A DNA stretch of 15,450 bases from Fidelibacterota bacterium (GTDB taxonomy: Bacteria; Fidelibacterota; Marinisomatia; Marinisomatales; TCS56). Location: the NCBI GenBank assembly GCA_043822705.1, contig JBDRBK010000180.1, positions 1-15,450 of the forward strand, in the 5' to 3' direction. Each line of letters begins with the position of its first letter. Position 1 is the stretch's first letter. The notes beneath the pieces are model-generated. The model did not search any database. It worked only from the letters and a program-made list of their open reading frames with translations, and had not been told where the DNA came from. Positions 9,948 through 15,450 of the stretch are shown here, one piece after another. The position numbers were made by a program, and so were the translations under genes.

Positions 9948-10874
9948 TTATCGGGCGGGTTGATTTTCGTTCAGGTAGGCCAGCTCGGTAATCGAGAAAC
10001 GCCGGGGGGAGATGCCGCAGGAGCGCCACGGTTCGTCGGCCGGACAGGTGTTGCCGGCCAGCAGCATTTCCAATTGGTCGCGGCTGATGGGGAATCCCGG
10101 CCAGCGGGCCAGGAGTTTCAGCGGTCCGGCCGGCACCGGTACCAGCCATTTGCAGCGACCGGTGGCGGCGGCGATCAGCCGCAGGATTTCTTTCCAGGAA
10201 ACGGTATCCGGTCCGCCAATTTCAATTATCCGCCGCCAGAGACCCGGTTGTTCCAGTAATTTCACCAGCACTTGTGCCAGATCAACGGCATGCACCGGCG
10301 AAAAGCGAAAAGCGCCGGCCCGACAGGGATTCCAACCGGAATAAAACAGCGGCGCCGGCAGGGACGGACGAATCAGTTGTCGGTACAGCTGGGTGACGAA
10401 TTCCATCTGGCCGCGGGGCGGACCATAAATGACCGACGGCCGCAAAATCAACCACTCAAGGTCGGTAGCGCGCAGATATTCCTCGGCCCGGTACTTGGTG
10501 GTTTGGTAGGCCGTTCCGTCGGGCTTGACGCCATTGGCGCTCATCAATAGCATACGGCCGGTACCCTCCGCCCTGGCAGCGTCGATCGCCCGGCAAGCGC
10601 CATTGAAATGCGCTTCCTCGAAGGTGATCCCGCGGGTTGGAAATTCCCGGAGCAATCCAGTCAGGTACACCCCCACCGGGCAGCCGCGCAGCACCTGGCG
10701 CAAGGCCTCCGAATCGGCAATTGAGCCGCTAACTAAATCACATTCGGCTGCCCGCCGGACTTTGGCAACACTGCCCGGTCGTACCAGCAGAACAGGCCGG
10801 TGCCCGACCGTCAGCAGTGCTTCCACCAGATATTGCCCGACAAAACCGGTACCGCCAATAATTCCAATTCGCAT
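9948..10874 (-). CDS. NAD(P)-binding atypical SDR, complex I NDUFA9-like / epimerase-dehydratase family
   Basis: Rossmann motif IIGGTGFVG, plus MSANG, YQTTK (YxxxK), ILRPSVIYG, PVHAVDLA and EIGGPD. Good SD (GGAGG) upstream of the ATG. Confidence 0.85.
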   Translation of the reverse strand: MRIGIIGGTGFVGQYLVEALLTVGHRPVLLVRPGSVAKVRRAAECDLVSGSIADSEALRQVLRGCPVGVYLTGLLREFPTRGITFEEAHFNGACRAIDAARAEGTGRMLLMSANGVKPDGTAYQTTKYRAEEYLRATDLEWLILRPSVIYGPPRGQMEFVTQLYRQLIRPSLPAPLFYSGWNPCRAGAFRFSPVHAVDLAQVLVKLLEQPGLWRRIIEIGGPDTVSWKEILRLIAAATGRCKWLVPVPAGPLKLLARWPGFPISRDQLEMLLAGNTCPADEPWRSCGISPRRFSITELAYLNENQPAR

Positions 10875-10964
10875 AGCGCCTCCGTAAAAGAATTGAACGT
10901 CCCCGAATATAAGCTGTACCGGGATATAAAAGTTACCGGGGATACCGGCTCGAATGAACGGCAG

Positions 10965-11516
10965 CTACAAGTGGGTTATCAGAATTCGCAGACCGATCAG
11001 GATCAGGATCAGACCGCTAAACAATTCGAATTTCTTGCCGAAGACCTGCTCGGTTTTCCGGCCCAGGTAAATACCCAAAATCGAGAACAGCATCGCCACG
11101 ATCCCGATGATAACGCTGGGATACATAATCCGGATCTGAATCACCGACAGGGTCAGACCGATTGCCAGGGCATCGATGCTAGTGGCGACGGACAGGGCCA
11201 GCAGCGACCAACCCCGGGAAATATCACGATCAAACTGCTCGGTCACTTGAAAGGATTCATAAATCATTTTGCCGCCTATAAGTGACAACAGTCCGAAGGC
11301 AATCCAGTGGTCGATGTTTTCCATATACCCTATGATGGTATTGCCCGCCAGCCAGCCCAGCACCGGCATCAGAAACTGGAACAGGCCGAAATGCCAGCTC
11401 AAGCGAAACACATGGCGGTAAGTAAGCGGGCGGATCGTGGCGCCGGCCACCACCGATACCGCAAAGGCATCCATGGCCAGGCTGACGGCAATTCCCAATA
11501 TGGTAATAGTATTCAT
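10965..11516 (-). CDS. mntP: Manganese efflux pump MntP
   Basis: Motifs SLAMDAFAVS, FGLFQFLMPVLGW, DHWIAFGLL..IGGKMI and ATSIDALAIG. The start is re-assigned to ATG 11516 (MNTITILG, 183 aa), matching the usual family length. Confidence 0.93.
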   Translation of the reverse strand: MNTITILGIAVSLAMDAFAVSVVAGATIRPLTYRHVFRLSWHFGLFQFLMPVLGWLAGNTIIGYMENIDHWIAFGLLSLIGGKMIYESFQVTEQFDRDISRGWSLLALSVATSIDALAIGLTLSVIQIRIMYPSVIIGIVAMLFSILGIYLGRKTEQVFGKKFELFSGLILILIGLRILITHL

Positions 11517-11529
11517 GGCAGAAGGACTG

Positions 11530-11560
11530 AAATTAGGCCGTCCGTCCTGAAAAACGGCAA
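11530..11560 (-). promoter_or_regulatory. Possible mntP promoter
   Basis: TTGCCG-19 nt-TAATTT on the - strand, 13 nt before the mntP ATG. The spacing is long. Confidence 0.25.
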
Positions 11561-11562
11561 CC

Positions 11563-11587
11563 AAAATGGCCGGGCACGGTACCGGCC
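11563..11587 (-). terminator. Possible weak intrinsic terminator after proA
   Basis: GGCCGG-8 nt-CCGGCC followed by ATTTT on the - strand, 7 nt after the proA stop. Confidence 0.35.
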
Positions 11588-11594
11588 GCTGCTG

Positions 11595-12854
11595 TTATTC
11601 CCGAACCTGGCCGCTACCACGCACTACAAATTTTGTCGTCGTCAGCTCGCGCAGACCCATGGGACCGAAAGAGTGGAGTTTGGTGGTGCTGATGCCGATC
11701 TCGGCCCCCAGCCCCAGCTGGCCGCCGTCGTTGAAGCGGGTCGATGCGTTGACCATGATCGCCGAACTGTCCAGGCTGCGAACGAAACGCTCCTGGTTCT
11801 CCGGCGATTCGCTGACGATCGCCTCGGTGTGATCGCTGGAATAGCGCTGGATATGCTCGATGGCCGCGGCGATGTCGTCCACCACCCGCAACGCCAACAC
11901 CAGGTCCAGGAATTCGGTGTCATAATCATCTTCCGTGGCCGGTTTAACGGCGGCTGAGTAGGTCTGGGTCTCGGCGCAACCACGAATTTCCACACCGGCG
12001 GCGGTAAGTTGCTCGATCAGCGCTGGCAACAGGGTCGGGGCGGTCTGGCGGTGCACCAGGACGGTTTCAGCGGCATTGCAGACACCGGGTCGCGGCACTT
12101 TGCTGTTCAAGACGATCGCCAGGGCCTTGGCGGCATCGGCCGGGTAATCGATATAGACATGGCAGTTGCCCTTGTAGTGGGCAATGACCGGCACGGTCGC
12201 GACGCTTTTCACGCGCCGGATCAAACCCTCGCCGCCACGAGGGATGATCACGTCCAGGCAGTCATCCAGGCGGGCCATGATGTCGACCGATTCACGGTCG
12301 GTGACCGGAATCATGTTGATTACATCAGCCAGTTCCTGGTCCCCCAGCACCTGCCGCATCAGATCGACCAGCGCCCGGTTGGAGTGGAAGGCTTCCGAGC
12401 CGCCCCGCAGCAGCAGACCATTACCGGCAAAGAAGCACAACGCCGCCGCTTCCACCGTCACATTCGGGCGCGACTCGTAAATCACGCCGATAACGCCCAG
12501 AGGAATCCGCCGCTTCTGCACCTGCAGGCCGTTGGGCCGGGTCCACTGTTCTGCAATTTCACCAACGGGGTCGGGCAGGGCGGCCACTTCCCGGACGCCG
12601 GCCGCCATCTCGGCGATGCGCTGGTCGTTCAGGGTCAGGCGATCGATCATCGCCGCCGCCATTCCCTGTTGGCGGGCCGCTGTCAAATCAAGCTTGTTGG
12701 CAGCGATTATTTCCGCTTGATGCTGTTCCAGTCGCTCGGCTATCTGCATCAGAATTAATTGTTTTTGCATGGTTGTCAGGGTCGGCAGAATCCGGCTAGC
12801 GGATTTAGTCGCCCGGCCCAGGGCATGGATACTGGCAGTCAAATTATCGTTCAT
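11595..12854 (-). CDS. proA: Gamma-glutamyl phosphate reductase
   Basis: Motifs PLGVIGVIYESRPNVT, LRGGSEA, IIPRGG, GNCHVY, CNAAET (catalytic Cys), HTEAI, VNASTRFNDG and GAEIGISTTKLH..GPMGL. ATGA overlap with proB. Confidence 0.98.
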   Translation of the reverse strand: MNDNLTASIHALGRATKSASRILPTLTTMQKQLILMQIAERLEQHQAEIIAANKLDLTAARQQGMAAAMIDRLTLNDQRIAEMAAGVREVAALPDPVGEIAEQWTRPNGLQVQKRRIPLGVIGVIYESRPNVTVEAAALCFFAGNGLLLRGGSEAFHSNRALVDLMRQVLGDQELADVINMIPVTDRESVDIMARLDDCLDVIIPRGGEGLIRRVKSVATVPVIAHYKGNCHVYIDYPADAAKALAIVLNSKVPRPGVCNAAETVLVHRQTAPTLLPALIEQLTAAGVEIRGCAETQTYSAAVKPATEDDYDTEFLDLVLALRVVDDIAAAIEHIQRYSSDHTEAIVSESPENQERFVRSLDSSAIMVNASTRFNDGGQLGLGAEIGISTTKLHSFGPMGLRELTTTKFVVRGSGQVRE

Positions 12855-14050
12855 TTTACCTCCGTGGTTATGACCAGGTTATCGCGATGAATCACACCCC
12901 GTTTATAGTGGAAACCCAAAATGCGCTCGATGGCGGAAGAGTGCTGGCCGGCGATTTTAGTGACTTCATCACTGCCGTATTCGACAATGCCGCGGGCCAC
13001 CTCGGTGCCATCCTCCAGACAGCAGCGGATGCCATCGCCCCGTTGAAACTGTCCCCGGGTAGCCAGTACGCCGGACGCCAGCAGGCTGACCTTCTTCTGC
13101 GTCAGAGCCCGCGCCGCCCCGCGGTCGATCACCACCGCCGCCTGTGGTCGCATGGCGTGCGCCAAGTAGGCCTTCCAGGAATTCAGTCGTTCGGTTGTGG
13201 GTACGATCAGCGTTCCAAGCGGTTCGCCGGCCAGCAGACGCAACAGGATATCCGGTGTACGGCTGTTGGCGATCACCGACGGTACGCCGTACTGGGCGGC
13301 CATCAGCGGCGCCTCGAGTTTGGTTGCCAGTCCGCCCCGGCCCAGCCCACCACTGCCGTTTTTACCGTTGCGGGTTGCCGCCAACAGGTCTTTTTTAATA
13401 TCCTGCAGTTGCTCGACAGTCAGTTTCTCGTAGGTTCGGGCAGCGGGATTCAACTTCGGATCCGCATCGGCAATTCCGTCAATGTCAGAAAGTATAATCA
13501 ACTGATCGACCGTAATCAATTTGGTACACAGGGCCGCCAGAAAATCATTGTCGCTGAAACGAATCTCTTCGGTGCAAACCGTATCATTCTCGTTGATGAT
13601 CGGCAGCACCCGACGGCTGATCAATTTCTTGATCGTATTGCGCGTATTCAGATAACGACGCCGGTTATTCAAATCGTCACCGGTCAGCAACAACTGGGCG
13701 ATCGGCAGGTTGTACTGCTCCAGCGCCTGCTGGATGATTCCCATCAGCAGCGGTTGGCCCACGGCGGCCGCGGCCTGTTGACTGACGACAGTGGAACCCA
13801 GTCCGCTCAGTATCTGGCGACCCGTGGCCACGGCGCCACTGAGGACCAGAATCACCGTCAGGCCCTGCTGGTGCAACCGGGCCACCTGTCCGGTCAGGGA
13901 ATTTATCTGTTCCCGGTCCAGCCGTCCATCGGGATGGCAGATACTGGAGCTACCGACCTTGACGACGATACGCGCCAGTTTCTGGAACTCGGGCCGTCCG
14001 GACACGACCATCCCGGCTGTGGTAGAATTGATATCCTGTATTTGTCTCAT
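12851..14050 (-). CDS. proB: Glutamate 5-kinase with C-terminal PUA domain
   Basis: Motifs IVVKVGSS, SGAV, AAAAVGQ, AQLLLT, PIINENDTV, DND and GGLATK. PUA domain (IDRGA..AL...SLLASGV...G.F.RGD, IHRDNL). Confidence 0.96.
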   Translation of the reverse strand: MRQIQDINSTTAGMVVSGRPEFQKLARIVVKVGSSSICHPDGRLDREQINSLTGQVARLHQQGLTVILVLSGAVATGRQILSGLGSTVVSQQAAAAVGQPLLMGIIQQALEQYNLPIAQLLLTGDDLNNRRRYLNTRNTIKKLISRRVLPIINENDTVCTEEIRFSDNDFLAALCTKLITVDQLIILSDIDGIADADPKLNPAARTYEKLTVEQLQDIKKDLLAATRNGKNGSGGLGRGGLATKLEAPLMAAQYGVPSVIANSRTPDILLRLLAGEPLGTLIVPTTERLNSWKAYLAHAMRPQAAVVIDRGAARALTQKKVSLLASGVLATRGQFQRGDGIRCCLEDGTEVARGIVEYGSDEVTKIAGQHSSAIERILGFHYKRGVIHRDNLVITTEVK

Positions 14051-14066
14051 GGTTTATTTTCCAAAC

Positions 14067-14096
14067 AAAAAAGCCCCCGGGAGACCCGGGGGCTTT
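14067..14096 (-). terminator. Strong intrinsic terminator (attenuator 3:4) ending 16 nt upstream of the proB start
   Basis: AAAGCCCCCGGG-TCT-CCCGGGGGCTTTTTT on the - strand, a perfect GC-rich stem followed by U6. Confidence 0.9.
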
Positions 14097-14121
14097 CAAA
14101 TTGATTCTTTTCAGGAAAAGA

Positions 14122-14196
14122 TTAGACGAAGCCGGCGGACCTCCTGCGGTTCAGGAAGCTGCGAGGGGTATGATCATATCGGCTGCGTCGCATCAT
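14122..14196 (-). CDS. Putative leader peptide MMRRSRYDHTPRSFLNRRRSAGFV (24 aa, 7 Arg)
   Basis: ATG ATG ... TAA, below the ORF-track size cutoff. Its last codons are the 5' strand of the antiterminator and its stop is 25 nt from the terminator. There is no SD, so it is possibly near-leaderless. Confidence 0.55.
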   Translation of the reverse strand: MMRRSRYDHTPRSFLNRRRSAGFV

Positions 14197-14204
14197 AATG
14201 GCGC

Positions 14205-14236
14205 CGAACTTAGGATCGGACCGGCGCCACTGGCAA
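14205..14236 (-). promoter_or_regulatory. Putative promoter of the leader-proBA transcript
   Basis: TTGCCA-18 nt-TAAGTT(CG) on the - strand, the same geometry as the element at 9911-9942. The predicted start site is around 14199. Confidence 0.45.
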
Positions 14237-14271
14237 CAATCAAATGTAAAAATATAAACCCACAGAATAAT

Positions 14272-15450
14272 TCAGGTAATATTCACTATTTCCAGCATCT
14301 GCTGGTAATCCTTCAGGAAGCGCCGGCGGATTTCGGCATTTTCCGGCCGGCGGAGATGGGGGTCCTCCGCCACCAGTCCGAAGGCTGCCTGCCGCGCCTC
14401 CCGGATCAGCGGTCCGTCGGTGACCATATCGGCGATTTTATATTTCACGAACCCGCTCTGCCGGGCACCGTAAAATTCCCCGGGGCCGCGCATTTTTAAA
14501 TCCTCGTCGGATATTTCAAACCCATCGCCGGTTCGCTCCATGATCGCCAGCCGCCGGCATGAATTATCGGTCGTGTTGCGCCGCACTAGGATACAATAGC
14601 TTTTGTCGCTGCCACGCCCCACCCGGCCGCGCAACTGGTGCAGCTGGGTCAGGCCGAAACGTTCGGCGTGTTCGATCAGCATGACCGTGGCGTTAGGCAC
14701 GTCGATGCCGACTTCGATCACCGTGGTGGAAACGATCACCTGGATTTCGTTGCGCTCGAAGGCATCCATTACGGCGTCCTTTTCCTCTTTTTTCAGGCGG
14801 CCGTGGATCAAACCAACGATCAGGTTCGGAAAAACGGTTCGGGATAATTCTTCGAAGGCCTCGGTAGCCGCCGCCAGATCGGATTTTTCGGTTTCTTCCA
14901 CCAGCGGATACACCACCATGCACTGGCGTCCCCGCCCGACTTCCTCGCTGATGAAATCATACACTTTGGGCAGCCGCTCCGGTTCGACGACCCTGGTAGT
15001 CACCGGAATCCGGTCTTTGGGCATTTCATCAATGATCGAAAGATCCATGTCGCCGTGGTAGGTAATCGCCAGGGTCCGGGGGATCGGCGTGGCCGTCATT
15101 GCCAGCAGGTGCGGATTCAGTCCCTTGGCCGTCAGATCGCCGCGCTGCAGTACGCCAAAGCGGTGCTGCTCGTCGACAATTACCAGACCAAGCGCTGCGA
15201 ATTCCACATCCTTCTGGATCAGGGCGTGGGTGCCGACGACAATATCGATCCGGCCGGCCAGCAACCCGGCGAGCAGTTTGCGGCGTTCGCCGGCCTTCTG
15301 GTTGCCCACCAGCAGGGCGCAGGTCATCCTGGCCGCATCGGCGTACTTTTTAAACGAGCGGTAATGCTGGTGCGCCAGAATCTCGGTGGGCGCCATCACC
15401 GCCACCTGCAGCCCGTTGCCCACCGCAATCGCCGCCGCCAGCACCGCCAC
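14272..15450 (-). CDS. recG: ATP-dependent DNA helicase RecG, C-terminal part (5' truncated by the window edge)
   Basis: Motifs MAPTEILAHQH, VVGTHALIQ, DEQHRFGV, MTATPIPRTL, HGR, STTVIEVGIDVPNA, ERFGLTQLHQLRGRVGRG and the TRG motif DGFEISDEDLKMRGPGE. Confidence 0.98.
   Translation of the reverse strand: MAVLAAAIAVGNGLQVAVMAPTEILAHQHYRSFKKYADAARMTCALLVGNQKAGERRKLLAGLLAGRIDIVVGTHALIQKDVEFAALGLVIVDEQHRFGVLQRGDLTAKGLNPHLLAMTATPIPRTLAITYHGDMDLSIIDEMPKDRIPVTTRVVEPERLPKVYDFISEEVGRGRQCMVVYPLVEETEKSDLAAATEAFEELSRTVFPNLIVGLIHGRLKKEEKDAVMDAFERNEIQVIVSTTVIEVGIDVPNATVMLIEHAERFGLTQLHQLRGRVGRGSDKSYCILVRRNTTDNSCRRLAIMERTGDGFEISDEDLKMRGPGEFYGARQSGFVKYKIADMVTDGPLIREARQAAFGLVAEDPHLRRPENAEIRRRFLKDYQQMLEIVNIT

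Larger units (their letters stand above)
14067..14199 (-). promoter_or_regulatory. Putative ribosome-mediated transcription attenuator of proBA
   Basis: A leader ORF plus three overlapping, mutually competing structures. 1:2 is GCUUCCUG/CAGGAGGU (14159-14139). The antiterminator is GGAGGUCCG-CC-GGCUUCG / UGAAAGCC-CC-CGGGUCUCC (14144-14080). The terminator spans 14096-14067. Confidence 0.7.

Noticed and set aside
10917..10949. Short TACCGG(G)GATA repeats and a 5-bp hairpin between mntP and the SDR gene
   Set aside because: Too short and imperfect to distinguish from chance, and not CRISPR- or REP-like.
11517..11564. 16-aa N-terminal extension of MntP from the ORF track (TTG at 11564)
   Set aside because: Family similarity starts at ATG 11516, and the extension overlaps the putative promoter/terminator.
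14067..14096. Hairpin as simply the recG terminator
   Set aside because: It lies about 175 nt past the recG stop and leaves only 16 nt before proB, too little for a separate promoter. It also has a matching antiterminator.
12887..14104. 405-aa + strand ORF antisense to proB (likewise 12009-12758, 7004-7726, 4545-5237, 364-1014, 2752-3438)
   Set aside because: These are shadow ORFs opposite well-supported genes in GC-rich DNA and have no recognisable motifs.
14151..14177. Alternative mini-ORF MIIPLAAS* inside the leader
   Set aside because: It has no SD and stops before the antiterminator strand, so completing it would not trigger termination. It is less consistent than the 24-codon ORF, though not formally excluded.
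14067..14240. T-box riboswitch upstream of proBA
   Set aside because: There is no T-box consensus (GGTGGNACCGCG / UGGN bulge) and no recognisable Stem I. The leader-ORF model explains the structures better.
1..15450. Mobile elements, prophage, defence systems, CRISPR arrays, tRNA/rRNA
   Set aside because: No transposase, integrase or nuclease motifs, repeat-spacer arrays or RNA gene signatures were seen, and coding density leaves no room for them.

Overview
GC-rich bacterial chromosomal window, mostly housekeeping. The + strand carries the 3' part of a tightly coupled histidine operon: hisC (partial), fused hisNB, hisH, hisA, hisF and hisIE. Everything else is on the - strand: recG (partial), a ~220-nt regulatory gap, proB-proA, mntP, an NDUFA9-like atypical SDR, an M28 PA/PDZ lipoprotein peptidase, feoA, feoB (1-nt frameshift in a homopolymer near its 3' end) and a secreted Cys-Ntn hydrolase. 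No mobile element, rRNA, tRNA or CRISPR array is visible. The best candidate for something undescribed is upstream of proBA. It is a complete-looking ribosome-mediated transcription attenuator with a 24-codon Arg-rich (7 Arg, 1 Pro) leader ORF, a 1:2 hairpin, a long nested antiterminator and a strong terminator. This hints that proBA may respond to arginine and could feed ornithine/arginine synthesis. A perfect 7-1-7 palindrome (TGAGACC-N-GGTCTCA) in operator position ahead of the peptidase-feoAB genes is a candidate non-canonical Fur-family box. The lineage is probably FCB-related (low-confidence inference from HisNB style and promoter-like motifs). All structures were paired by eye and no searches were run.
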